Assembly: GCA_002269645.1 (NCBI GenBank)
Contig: NIVC01002703.1
Location: 1-64,000, forward strand
Reading direction: 5' to 3'
Origin: Macrostomum lignano
Taxonomy: Eukaryota
Length of the DNA: 64,000 nucleotides
The notes beneath the pieces are model-generated. The model was not told the DNA's origin, ran no database searches, and worked only from the letters and a program-made list of their open reading frames with translations. The position numbers and the translations under genes are program-made. Below, piece by piece: positions 26,470-38,553 of this stretch (its first letter is position 1; each line of letters begins with the position of its first letter).

Positions 26470-26689
26470 ATGTAATCCCACCTTGCCTGTGCGCCTCGTC
26501 TATTCCTCCAGTGTTAAATGAGCGGAATAATCAGTAGCGTAACAAAACAACGCTTTGCTTCGTGCCATACATGGCTAGCGGAGATAATGAGTTGGTTTGT
26601 CTATGGTAGCGGAGTTACGCTTACTGATTATCACCGCTCATTTAACACTGGAGGAATAGACGAGGCGCACAGGCAAGGTGGGATTACAT
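26470..26689. mobile_element. 220-bp hairpin MITE-like element
   Basis: 56-bp perfect inverted repeat 26470-26525 / 26634-26689, extendable with bulges to about 73 bp; outermost AT could be a 2-bp TSD. Confidence 0.75.
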
Positions 26690-26829
26690 GTCGCTTAAAG
26701 TTCACCAGGGTGCACACAGCCTCTGCCTGTAGTAAGAAAGTTAAAATAAATGGTCGAATCTGGCCCGCGACTGCAGGCTGGCTTGTCGGGGGGTGTAGGG
26801 CAGGGCAGGACAGCTCCGGCTCGTCCCTC

Positions 26830-26905
26830 CTGCAGCTGATTGGCTGACTGGCCTGAGATGGCCTCCCCCACCCCCTGCAGCTGATTAGCCAACCAATCAG
26901 CGACT
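26830..26905. promoter_or_regulatory. CCAAT/ATTGG cluster in a GC-rich island, putative promoter
   Basis: CTGATTGGCTG, CTGATTAGCCAACCAATCAG, next to GC-rich boxes. Confidence 0.35.
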
Positions 26906-27472
26906 AGCAGCTTGAGGGAAGACTTTTAGGAGCTACTTATTAATTTTAATTAAACAACAAAAAAATTTCTTAGTAAAATGATGAATTCTAGAATTATGTG
27001 TATAAGACTATTCATTTCGTAAAACAGCATATTGTTGCATAACGTTCGTAATCAGACTGTGCTTTGAAGTAGTTTTCTATCGATAATCTAACCGATCGAA
27101 AACAATAATGAGTTAGAATATTATGTTTACAAAAATTACGGTAACAAAATTCTTGTTTAGCTTATTCTTGTTTAACTTATTTAGCTTTTTTATCAACCAG
27201 ATGTTTGTTTGGCGACTCCAAATCTCTATCTTTACTTTGATTGTCAATGGTGTACTTTATCTTGCATAAACCTAGATTGTATACTCAGGTGCCTGACAGG
27301 CAAATTGTTCAAAATTAACAATCGTGTAGTCCTAGGTGAATCAATAGCATAATTCTACTCTTGCGTTATAGATCGATGGCATCTTGATTCCTAGTTTTAT
27401 TAGAAATTTTACTGCGAGTGTTTGGATTACTCTACTTGAAGTAGCAGTTTATGCATGCACGATACTCTACAG

Positions 27473-28577
27473 TCTGTCTTCAAGCTGGCTGCTAAATCAT
27501 AGCTGCATATTCGCCATTCATTTGTATTTTGCGTTGTTGGGTTTCCAGAGATGTGACGGAGGCAGTGCGCGCGATGTGAGGAAAACAAGAGATTGAGGGA
27601 GACAGGGGAGAGAGAAGTGAGGGAGACAGGGGAGAGAGAAGTGAGGGAGACGGGGGAGAGAGAAGTGAGGGAGACAGGGGAGAGAGACGTGAGGGAGACA
27701 GGGGAGAGAGACGTGAGGGAGACGGGGGAGAGAGAAGTGAGGGAGACAGGGGAGAGAGGGGTGAGAGAGACGGGGGAGAGAGAAGTGAGGGAGACGGGGA
27801 GAGAGAAGTGAGGGAGACGGGGAGAGAGAAGTGAGAGAGACGGGGAGAGAGAAGTGAGAGAGACGGGGAGAGAGAAGTGAGAGAGACGGGGGAGAGAAGT
27901 GAGAGAGACGGGGGAGAGAGAAGTGAGAGAGACGGGGAGAGAGAAGTGAGAGAGACGGGGAGAGAGAAGTGAGAGAGACGGGGAGAGAGAAGTGAGACAG
28001 ACGGGGAGAGAGGGGTGAGAGAGATGGGGGAGAGAGAAGTGAGAGAGACGGGGAGAGAGAAGTGAGGGAGACGGGGAGAGAGAAGTGAGGGAGACAGGGG
28101 AGAGAGGGGTGAGAGAGACGGGGAGAGAGAAGTGAGGGAGACGGGGAGAGAGAAGTGAGGGAGACGGGGAGAGAGAAGTGAGAGAGACGGGGGAGAGAAG
28201 TGAGAGAGACAGGGGAGAGAGAAGTGAGAGAGACGGGGGAGAGAAGTGAGGGAGACAGGGGAGAGAGAAGTGAGGGAGACGGGGGAGAGATGTGCAAGGC
28301 AGAAAGGGCTGAAGACACTAATGAAGGGAAATGACTCATCCATCAGCTTCAAGCCCGCGTCCCGTGGCAACTAAGGCGTCCCCCGTTGTCAAGGCGACGC
28401 CCTGTGAATGCTGAGTGCACTCTGCGCAGCCTGTGCACAATGCGCTCATTTAAACTGCAGGGTTGCGACGACTCAAAATTGAGCTGTGCGAAAGCGCATT
28501 GTGCCGTCGCTTCCGGTTGCCAGAGTATAATGGAGAAAAACCTGCTCACCACAGCCGGCCAGTGCCTCATCAACTGA
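27473..28577 (+). CDS. candidate 2-exon Cys-rich secreted precursor (exon ending 27575 plus 28347-28577); start codon not found
   Basis: phase-0 GAT|GTGAGG ... CATCAG|CTT joins a hydrophobic stretch CIFAIHLYFALLGFQRCDG to LQARVPWQLRRPPLSRRRPVNAEC...GQCLIN (7 Cys); third positions GC-biased. Confidence 0.35.
27595..28290. repeat. GA-rich ~21-23 bp minisatellite (GAGAGACGGGGAGAGAGAAGT)
   Basis: direct inspection. Confidence 0.95.
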
Positions 28578-28697
28578 AGGCGCAGAGCAGTCAGGCTCCT
28601 CATTGTTGGGCTGAATATTCTCTCAAGATTATAAAACTGAGCTGAAATTGGGACTCCAGTGGCATCTTCTCTACTAGTGCAATTCGCGATCTCCCCA

Positions 28698-28976
28698 ATG
28701 TCTGCCACACCTGCTAGCAGCGCGCACCTGCAGCGCCAGCGAGCTCGATCCGCTCTTAGCGTGAGGTCCGGAGTTCGAGTCGACACAGAGAAGCAGCCCT
28801 GGGGTACCATACTGCTGCCTAATTTCGGCTTGGGCCATCAGAGATTGACAGCCTACGAGATTCAGCAGTCAGTGCAGCGGCTGTACGTGGTGCCGCTGCA
28901 GCGACAGCCCAGCAACTCCTGGCAGAGGCGCGACTGTCAGCAGAAACGGCTGTCGGTGGCCGAGCGGCAGAGGCTG
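28698..28976 (+). CDS. uncharacterised 132-aa protein, exon 1
   Basis: MSATPASS...LTAYEIQQSVQRLYVVP...AERQRL, then CTG|GTGAGT, phase 0. Confidence 0.75.
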
Positions 28977-29089
28977 GTGAGTTGGCATGACTGCATGACT
29001 AGGTAGAAAGTTAATTCCTCACTAGATGGCGGAAAACTCGCTCTCGACCATAATATAAGAAGCCATGAATCTCAATCTCAATCACTTAA

Positions 29090-30297
29090 AACGAAAAGCC
29101 ATAAAACTCACACCCCAATCAGACTGGGAGAAAGGCCATAAAACTCACACCCCAATCAGATTGAGAGAAAACCCATAAACCCACACCCCCATCAGACTGA
29201 GAGAAAGACCATAAAACTCACACCCCAATCAGACTGAGAGAAAAGCCATAAAACTCACCCCAATCAGACAGAGAAAAGCCATAAAACTCACACCCCCATC
29301 AGACTGAGAGAAAGGCCATGAAACTCACACCCCCAATCAGACAGAAGAAAAAGCCATAAAACTCACACCCCCAATCAGACAGAAGAAAAAGCCATAAAAC
29401 TCACACACCCCAATCAGACTGATAGAAAAGCCATAAAACTCACAACCCAATCAGACTGATAGAAAAGCCATAAAACTCACACCCCAATCAGACTGATAGA
29501 AAAGCCATAAAACCCACACCCCCATCAGACTGGGAGAAAACCCATAAAACTCACCCCAATCAGACAGAAGAAAAAGCCATAAAACTCACACCTCAATCAG
29601 ACTGAGAGAAAAGCCATAAAACTCACCCCTCAATCAGACTGAGAGAAAAGCCATAAAACCCACACCCCCATCAGACTGAGAGAAAAGCCATAAAACTCAC
29701 ACCCCAATCAGACTGAGAGAAAGGCCATAAAACTCACACCCCAATCAGACTGAGAGAAAAGCCATAAACCCACACCCCCAATCAGACTGAGAGAAAGGCC
29801 ATAAAACTCACACTCCCAATCAGACAGAAGAAAAAGCCATAAAACCCACACCCCCAATCAGACTGATAAAAAAGCCATAAAACTCACACCTCAATCAGAC
29901 TGAGAGAAAAGCCATAAAACTCACACCCCAATCAGACTGATAGAAAAGCCATAAAACTCACACCTCAATCAGACTGAGAGAAAAGCCATAAAACTCACAC
30001 CCCAATCAGACTGAGAGAAAAGCCATAAAACTCACACCCCAATCAGACAGAAGAAAAAGCCATAAAACTCACACCCCAATCAGACTGATAGAAAAGCCAT
30101 AAAACTCACACCTCAATCAGACTGAGAGAAAAGCCATAAAACTCACACCCCAATTAGACTGAGAGAAAAGCCATAAAACTCACACCCCAATCAGACTGAG
30201 AGAAAAGCCATAAAACTCACACCCCAATCAGACTGAGAGAAAAGCCATAAAACTCACACCCCAATCAGAATGAAAGAAAAGCCATAAAACTCACACT
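29090..30297. repeat. ~37-bp minisatellite (AAAAGCCATAAAACTCACACCCCAATCAGACTGAGAG), about 31 copies, intronic
   Basis: direct inspection. Confidence 0.95.
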
Positions 30298-30325
30298 AAG
30301 CTTGATAATCATATTTGAATTTTAG

Positions 30326-30445
30326 ATTGAGAAGCTGAGCCGTTATAACCCGGATCGAGTTGCTGATGCCAGGCGAACTCAGAGAGACTCCCAATACAAT
30401 AAGATGGGCGTGCTCAACAGTTTCGCGTGGCGCGGCTACAACTGA
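30326..30445 (+). CDS. uncharacterised 132-aa protein, exon 2 (IEKLSRYNPDRVADARRTQRDSQYNKMGVLNSFAWRGYN*)
   Basis: TTTTAG|ATT acceptor, phase 0, GC-rich open frame absent from the ORF track. Confidence 0.75.
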   Translation: MEKLSRYNPDRVADARRTQRDSQYNKMGVLNSFAWRGYN

Positions 30446-30724
30446 CTGCTGTGATCTATAATTGTGAGACCAGTTCTATGGCGCAGTTGAGAAAGTACAA
30501 ATCCGTCCTGTCTTTCTTTCAAATTACATTTTAAATTTGTTTATACATACGTAGTATATGCATACTTGATGTACTTTGATCTGTACAATCAGTCTGTACT
30601 TTTCAGGAATAATAATTTTTTGCACTGACTTTATATGTGACATGTGCACTTGTAGTTTGAGAAGGCGTTGATGCAGATTTTTATATTATATTATTCTCGT
30701 AACTCTGATATATCAAGTGAAATC

Positions 30725-30900
30725 AACAAGGGTGAAATTAGGAGTGAGAGTCTGGGTGAGATTAGGAGTGAGAGTCTATGTGAGATTAGGAGTGAGAGTC
30801 TGGGGTGAGATTAAGAGTGAGAGTCTATGGTGAGAGGAGTGAGAGTCAGGGGTGAAATTTTGAGTTGAAGTCCGGGCTGAGAGGAGTGAGAGTCTGGGAT
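30725..30900. repeat. diverged ~23-bp repeat (GGTGAGATTAGGAGTGAGAGTCT), about 7 copies
   Basis: direct inspection. Confidence 0.7.
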
Positions 30901-31739
30901 AAAGTTATCTAGGAATTATGGTTGATAATTCCAAGCAAAATAAATGAATATCTAGATGAGCGTCCATAGAGAACACCTGAGAGATTTTCTTGAATTTTAG
31001 CTATTTGCCTACAGAATTGTTGCCTTAAAATGTCATTACCTGTTTAACCTCCCTATCAGAAAATTTGCCTTTCGACATTTCGTACACCAGGAGATTAAAA
31101 TTCGTTGAGAATTTACTTTCAATTTAATTTCGGTATTTTTGTAAGCCAGGACGCTGTATGTCCTACTCAATAGTAGCAAGTTCAGCTTTTTAGCTGCAAT
31201 TATTTTCGATGCAAAGTAAAAGAAAAATTATTTTGCAATAGTTTCCTTTCGAATGACATTTTTTGACAATTTTTTCAACTTCAGAGTTATAAACAGTATA
31301 TATTTGTACATACAATGGAAGCTTATTGAAATAAAATTTTCAAAAATACATTAACACAAATTTTTTGTTGATTTTTTTATTGCACTGACACGAATATTAC
31401 TGACAGATTATAAAAAAGATTTATTTGTATTCTACAATAACGACTTGATGGACTCGAAATAAACTGGTTCTTTTCTAAGAAAGTCAGTTTTCTTAAACTA
31501 CGAGCAAAAAAATCAGTAAGATGTTAGCCGTTTCACAAATTAAAAACTTGTATCAACTTTCTGCGGTCTCAAGTTTCACAATATTCCTGATATGCACGGC
31601 TGTCATGGAAGCTAAAACAATGTGAGATTTTGCTAGTTTTTGTGACAGGGGTATAGAAGTTGCGAATACGGGTAGACAAATTGGACAGATAAATAAAGAA
31701 AATTGACAGATAAATACAAATGGATAGACAGACAGACAC

Positions 31740-32147
31740 ACAGCACCAGCGACAGCATCAGCATCAGCACCAGCTATAGTATCAGTTACAGCATAAATTA
31801 CAGCATCAGCATCAGCTACAGCATTAGCTACAGCATCAACTACAGCATCAGCATCAGCATCAGCTACAGCATTAGCTACAGCATCAACTACAGCATCAGC
31901 TACAGCATCAGCTACAGCATCAGCTACAGCATAAACTACAGCATCAGCTACAGCATCAGCTACAGCATAAACTACAGCATCAGCTACAGCATCAGCTACA
32001 GCATCAACTACAGCATCAGCTACAGCATCACCTACAGCACCAGTTACAGCATCAGCTACAGCATCAGCTACAGCATCAGCTACAGCACCAGCTACAGCAC
32101 CAGGTACAGCATCAGTTACAGCATCAGCTACAGCATCAGCTACAGCA
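31740..32147. repeat. 12-bp repeat (ACAGCATCAGCT)n immediately 3' of the cupin-like gene stop
   Basis: direct inspection. Confidence 0.9.
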
Positions 32148-32653
32148 TCAGTTAACCGGCGGCACAGCGGGCGGTGCTGGGTAGCTGCCATCAACGTCCT
32201 GCAGCTCGCAGTCCTGTAGAGCCGGCACCGACACCAGCAGCAGGCGGGACCGGGTCGCCAGCCCGCCGTGGCCGCAGAGGTAGTACGGCTGCCCAGCTGG
32301 GATGCTCACCGACTTGCCAGCGGTCAGCGACACCATCTGTCCGGAGCCGGGCGGCTGGAACTCCTTGGTCAGGAGTTCGACTCCGCACTGGCCGCCGGTG
32401 CAGACGATGGTGAAGTTTCGCCAGCGCTGGTTGCCGTAGATGCAGCAGCTGGCGGCCAGCTGGAATTCGTGCACGGAGAAGTCCGGACTGCCCGAGCTGC
32501 TGTTCAGCAGCGTCTGCCTGCTGTAGGCGCCGCTGAGGACTCGGCGGGCTGCCGCGAGGGACTGCGACACCAGCGAGGGGTCGGCGCCGAGGTGGTCGCT
32601 GCTGCCGCCGCTGCTGCTGTTGTTGTTGTTGCTATTGTGTACCGCTGAATCTT
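32148..32653 (-). CDS. cupin-like protein, exon 2
   Basis: acceptor TAACCTCAG|AA, phase 1; PDFSVHEFQL...FTIVCTGG...SLTAGKSVSIPAGQPYYL resembles the two cupin beta-barrel motifs. Confidence 0.7.
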
Positions 32654-32784
32654 CTGAGGTTACAGCGGTTGTATCAGGTGTGTCAGGGTGTACATCACAT
32701 CACATCACATGTACATCGTGTATAGCTCATGTACACCACCTGTTTGTCTGTCATATAATCTACATGTATGTCAGATTAGTCATG

Positions 32785-33152
32785 TCCTGAAGCACTATAA
32801 ACTGAGTGTCCTGAAGCGCTATAAACTGAGGATCCTGAAGCGCTATAAAATGAGTGCCTTGAGGCGCTATAAACTGAGTGTCCTAAAGTGCTATAAACTG
32901 AATGTCCTGAAGCGCTATAAACTGAGTATATTGAAGCGCTATAAACTGAGTGTCCTGAAGCGCTATAAACTGAGTGTCCTAAAGTGCTATAAACTGAATG
33001 TCCTGAAGCGCTATAAACTGAGTATATTGAAGCGCTATAAACTGAATGTCCTGAAGCGCTATAAACTGAGTGTCCTGAAGCGCTATAAACTGAGTATATT
33101 GAAGCGCTATAAACTGAGTGTCCTGAAGCGCTATAAACTGAGTGTCCTGAAG
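32785..33152. repeat. 24-bp minisatellite (CTGAAGCGCTATAAACTGAGTGTC), about 15 copies, in the cupin-like gene intron
   Basis: direct inspection. Confidence 0.95.
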
Positions 33153-33250
33153 CGGTCAGGCTCCACAAGACTGCTACACCACATGCACATTAGAACCGCG
33201 TGATGGCTGGCATCCAACATGTAACGATACTACACACACATGTAACTCAC

Positions 33251-33374
33251 CTGCGGCACTATTGAATCCGCAGCGTTGACTACGCGAGAAAGCAATGCCA
33301 CGCGAACAGGCAAAAGTCCGACCAAGACAGACAGTCTTGACCGCTGCTATCATGAGTTTTGAAATCGAATGCAT
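33251..33374 (-). CDS. cupin-like protein, exon 1 (mitochondrial-presequence-like; spliced product 209 aa)
   Basis: MHSISKLMIAAVKTVCLGRTFACSRGIAFSRSQRCGFNSAA + G|GTGAGT; 124 nt gives phase 1, matching exon 2; R/K/S-rich with no acidic residue. Confidence 0.7.
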
Positions 33375-33889
33375 AAAGGGTAACAGCAGTTAACGTAGTG
33401 TAATTTTTTGCGTGCAAAACTTATACTAGCATAGGGGTTTAATAACCAAGACACAACAGTGTATATAAATGGACGCAGCTTTGAAAAGATAAGCAAACAG
33501 CCAGTTGAATTGACAAAGGCAAGAAGGAAAGGAAGGCTTCAAGGCCTGCTTGCACCTTAATAGCCCCAGTGCATGTGGAGCGCAGCGGGGGGCGGGGGGT
33601 TCAGGGGCGAACCGAGCACGCGCTGGACACGTGGCAGACAATTCTGGTGCGCAGTGTACAGGCATGATCGGCGCAGCTGTATTGCACGTTGGATCTGGGG
33701 AGTTTGCTGGCATGCTGGCGAACCGCGTACTGCTGTGTGCAGATAAACAGATAGAAATAGCCCCTAATGCCTATGGGATGAAAACTTACTGCCGAACATT
33801 GGCTGGCTGTATGGTAGGATGCGTCATCTGACCGAATTTTTTCTTTTAAATGTCGATTCCAATACAAAAACAATGTACGCTCGTGGGGC

Positions 33890-35035
33890 AGCTGAGCTGC
33901 TGAAGCTTCAGGAGATGGGGTAGCTGAGGCCTGAAGTTTCAGGAGATAGGGTAGCTGAGCCCCTGAAGCTTCAGGAGATGGGGTAGCTGAAGCCTGAAGC
34001 TTCAGGAAATGGGGTAGCTGAGCCCCTGAAGCTTCAGAAGATGGGGTAGCTGAGCCCCTGAAGCTTCAGGAGATGGGGTAGCTGAGCCCCTAAAGCATTA
34101 GGAGATGGGGTAGCTGAGCCCCTGAAGTTTCAGAAGATGGGGTAGCTGAGGCCCTGAAGCTTCAGGAGATGGGGTAGCTGAGGCCCTGAAGCTTCAGGAG
34201 ATGGGGTAGCTGAAGCCCTGAAGCTTCAGGAGATGGGGTAGCTGAGCCCCTGAAGCTTCAGGAGATAGGGTAGCTGAAGCCCTGAAGCTTCAGGAGATGG
34301 GGTAGCTGAGCCCCTGAAGCTTCAGGAGATGGGGTAGCTGAGGCTTTGAAGCTTCAGGAGATGGGGTAGCTGAGCCCCCGAAGCTTCAGGAGATGGGGTA
34401 GCTGAAGCCCTGAAGTTTCAGGAGATGGGGTAGCTGAGGCCTGAAGCTTCAGGAGATGGGGTAGCTGAGGCTTTGAAGCTTCAGGAGATGGGATAGCTGA
34501 GCCCCTGAAGCTTCAGGAGATGAGGTAGCTGAGCCCCTGAAGCATTAGGAGATGGGGTAGCTGAGGCCCTGAAGTTTCAGAAGATGGGGTAGCTGAGCCC
34601 CTGAAGCATTAGGAGATGGGGTAGCTGAGGCCTGAAGCATTAGGAGATGGGGTAGCTAAGGCCCTGAAGCTTCAGGAGATGGGGTAGCTGAGGCCCTGAA
34701 GCTTCAGGAGATGGGGTAGCTGAGGCCCTGAAGCTTCAGAAGATGGTGTAGCTGAGCCCCTGAAGCATTAGGAGATGGGGTAGCTGAGGCCCTGAAGCTT
34801 CAGGAGATGGGGTAGCTGAGCCCCTGAAGCATTAGGAGATGGGGTAGCTGAGGCCCTGAAGCTTCAGGAGATGGGGTAGCTGAGCCCCTGAAGCATTAGG
34901 AGATGGGGTAGCGGAGGCCCTGAAGCTTCAGGAGATGGGGTAGCTGAGGCCCTGAAGCTTCAGGAGATGGGGTAGCTGAGCCACTGAAGCTTCAGCAGAT
35001 GTGGCAGCTGAGCCACTGAAGCTTCAGCTGAGCCG
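33890..35035. repeat. 31-32 bp minisatellite (GCTGAGGCCCTGAAGCTTCAGGAGATGGGGTA), about 35 copies
   Basis: the unit contains the 14-bp palindrome CCTGAAGCTTCAGG. Confidence 0.95.
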
Positions 35036-35983
35036 CATCAAAAAGCAGCTGAGCCTGCACTAAATCAGCATAAATCAACAGCCAAAAGATTGAAGCGAAC
35101 TGTATGTAAGTAGTATGAATTGTTTTAATAAAAAAGTTTTTATACAAAAATTGTTGTATTTGTTTTAACTCAAATAGAATTAAACAAGCCAAATTGTCTG
35201 ACATGCGAAAAATATGTATCATTAACATGTACATAAGCATAGGCAAAACAGTAACATAGCAAAACAAAATCGTGTAGTTTAAAAAGGCTTATAGCCTCAA
35301 ATTAAAATAGCAAAAAGCTAACTAAGCCAATTACTGGATAGATATGATAAATGTCATTTACAATAAAGCTAATATACATGAGCAATAGATACTACTAATG
35401 CAATCAAGAATTCTGAAATATTTGTAACACAGGAAGCATGAGTATTGGCGCCTTTGACATTTGGCAAGTAAAAATAAAATTTAAGATAATGAGCAAACTA
35501 TTAGTCACCGATTTAATTGGGCAATAAAAAATTTATTGGATAAGAAACAATAGCTTTAAAAGTTTAGCATTTGTTGCTTGATTGCTTGAAAGACAACAAA
35601 TTGGCCACAATTGGTTTTTTCAGTTAAAATTTTTAAATTAAAAAAGTTTTTTTTAAATAAATGGGTGAGAACATTCCTAGAATAAAACACAAAGGCTGTA
35701 CTTATAAAGTAACAAACATAGCTTTGGCTTAAAAAGTTGACAATTAAGTGTCAGAAATGAAGTGATCCGTGATCAGGAATCCTGCCTACCCTAAAAACCC
35801 CATTCTCCTGTCATTTTTAATATTGAGTTAATGCTGCCAGGACAACACAGGCAAAGTTAGCAAATAATTCAATCATACCTGAAAATATTAAAGCTAGTCT
35901 AACATAGAAACACAGCACACCGCTTCCATTTCGAGACAAATTTGTCATAAACTTTTAGTGATGAATCTTCACGAAGCTCCAAT

Positions 35984-36712
35984 TTAGTTCGGCTTGGGCT
36001 CGCGATATCCTTCGTCTTCACGATTCAAAACATCAACAACTTGATTTCCCTGATCGCTGGTCGGTTGCGGGGACGAAGAAGCTCCGCCGCCATCATTGTC
36101 GTCCGTAGCTTCCGCTGAAATTCCGTTTGAAGACGTGCCAGCTTTCGCGGAGCCCTTCTGATCGTCGTTGCCAGGAGCCTCAGCGCCCCCTTCGCCGCCA
36201 GGATTGTCGACATCGCTAGGTTGAGCATTATCACCTCCAGTATCATTGGGAGGTGCAGTTGGTTCTGGAATCTGAGGCAGTAGGGGAATGCTAGCTCCGC
36301 CTGTTGTATCAGGAGAATCTGGGGTGTTATTATCGGCTTGACTGTTACTTCTACATCGATTTAGTTGAGGATACGCGATCCAAACGACAACAGCAGTAAT
36401 TACGACGATAAAGAATGCTAACAAAGCAATTAGTTCGATATTTTTGGATTCTCCGCCAGTAGAACTGGATGACGGAGTCGAGCTGGCATCGCTACCTGAT
36501 GCTGGTGTAGTGCTGGCAATCAGAGCCGAGCAATACCCATTTGCACGTTTCTGTTCGCAGATGTCAGGTGCGGGACCAGCTTTCAGACATTCTGGCGGGC
36601 ATTTATCGCACAAATAAGTGATTTTGTTAAAGTATTCGTCTGGCTGGCAGTCCCTCCGTGCGGACACAGAGACTGCGCAACCCAGCAACAGGAGACAAAA
36701 CTGCCACTTCAT
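35984..36712 (-). CDS. single-CRD TNF-receptor-like type I membrane protein, 242 aa
   Basis: signal peptide MKWQFCLLLLGCAVSVSA; C-x12-C-x2-C-x3-C-x9-C-x8-C; S/T stalk; TM LIALLAFFIVVITAVVVWIAY; acidic low-complexity tail. Confidence 0.8.
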   Translation of the reverse strand: MKWQFCLLLLGCAVSVSARRDCQPDEYFNKITYLCDKCPPECLKAGPAPDICEQKRANGYCSALIASTTPASGSDASSTPSSSSTGGESKNIELIALLAFFIVVITAVVVWIAYPQLNRCRSNSQADNNTPDSPDTTGGASIPLLPQIPEPTAPPNDTGGDNAQPSDVDNPGGEGGAEAPGNDDQKGSAKAGTSSNGISAEATDDNDGGGASSSPQPTSDQGNQVVDVLNREDEGYREPKPN

Positions 36713-36764
36713 AAAGCGAGAACAAAGTTTGCATATGTTTGAAGCTCAATAACATTTGCAGACA

Positions 36765-37615
36765 CTTCCTATTCCCTTATACAGCCACCCCCTATTCCCT
36801 GATACAGACAGTCCCTATTCCCTGATACAGACACCCCCTATTCCATGATACAGACACCCCCTATTCCCTGATACAGACACCCCCTATTCCCTGATACAGC
36901 CACCCCCTATTCCCTGATACAGACACCCCCTATTCCCTTATACAGACAGTCCCTATTCCCTGATACAGACACCCCCTATTCCATGATACAGACACCCCCT
37001 ATTCCCTGATACAGACACCCCCTATTCCATGATACAGACACTCCTTATTCCCTGATACAGACACCCCCTATTCCCTGATACAGACACCCCCTATTCCCTG
37101 ACACAGACACCCCCTATTCCCTGATACAGACAGTCCCTATTCCCTGATACAGACAGTCCCTATTCCCTGATACAGACAGTCCCTATTCCCTGATACAGAC
37201 ACCCCCTATTCCCTGATACAGACACCCCTTATTCCCTGATACAAACACCCCCTATTCCCTGATACAGACAGTCCCTATTCCCTGATACAGACACCCCTTA
37301 TTCCCTGATAGACAGTCCCTATTCTCTGATACAGACACCCCCTATTCCCTGATACAGACAGTCCCCATTCCCTGATACAGACACCCCTATTCCCTGATAC
37401 AGACACCCCCTATTCCCTGATACAGACACCCCTTATTCCCTGATACAGACACCCCCTATTCCCTGATACAGACACCCCCTATTCCCTGATACAGACACCC
37501 CCTATTCCCTGATACAGACACCCCCTATTCCCTGATACAGACACCCCCTATTCCCTGATACAGACAGTCCCCATTCCCTGAGTCCTGACAGACAGTCCCT
37601 ATTCCTTGATACGGA
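36765..37615. repeat. 23-bp minisatellite (CCCCTATTCCCTGATACAGACAC), about 36 copies
   Basis: direct inspection. Confidence 0.95.
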
Positions 37616-38057
37616 CAAAAATACAAACAAGTAAAGTTGTGAAGTCACTTGTCACTCTTGTTCACCGATACTTAAAAATAAAGAACTCGACAGTATGAGG
37701 CGGTTTAGAAACTATTATTTATGATAATAATACTCTAGCTGTACCAGTTTTATTATGAAATTACATTTTACAAGGCCTAAACTCGCTAAAAGCATCATAA
37801 AAATAAATTTGCGATCAAACGGTCCTTAGCCACAGAGTTTTCAAATTGAAATTTTCCTAATTTTGAATTGGTATGTCATTTTAATTACAGTGTTGTCTAA
37901 TTTAAAATCTATAAATAAAATCAAATGAAGCCTGATAGACTGACGCTGCACTTGCAAATTTCCTTGAAGGTCAAATATTCTCTGCTGCCAAATTCCAAAG
38001 AAACGGGGTATCCATTTTTGATAAAGTTTTTTTCAAGGTTTTACATTGCCTTCCTTG

Positions 38058-38140
38058 TCTGCGTGTCTGTCTATCTGTCTGTCTGTCTGTCTGTGTGTCT
38101 GCCTGTGTGTCTGTCTGTCTCTCTGTCTCTCTGTCTGTCT
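38058..38140. repeat. (TGTC)n microsatellite
   Basis: direct inspection. Confidence 0.8.
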
Positions 38141-38553
38141 ACAGACTCATTAAAATGATATGTCCGGGAGCAGGATTAAATTTCTTTCTGGCCTGGCCCC
38201 AGTCCGTGCCATAGACAGCTGGCAAAATATGGCTGCGCCAATGCATGATTAGAATTGAGTGTTCGCCAGATCAACAATATTTTGTTTGAAGGGTATTTTC
38301 TTTATAGGGTTTTTGCCATTGACTGTTTAGAATGAAACACACTAAGCAGATAGGATCAAGAAACAGCTGACATTTCGGCAAAAGACATCTGTTCTAAATA
38401 GAATAATTATAGCTAAAAAAACTTTTTAATTCACCTCGGACGAAAGAATTTGTGGATTTTTGCAAATTGACAGACATGATTTACGAATGTAGGATGAGAC
38501 GAGAATAAGAAATTTCATTAAAGTGCTTATCCACTCTTTAGCTTCCTTAGAAT

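Noticed and set aside
31553-32194. ADAV-repeat ORF (antifreeze- or adhesin-looking)
   Set aside because: Product of the 12-bp repeat directly after the cupin-like gene's stop, in another frame; no independent start or splice evidence.
32688-33203. LKRYKLSV repeat ORF
   Set aside because: 24-bp intronic satellite on the antisense strand of the cupin-like gene.
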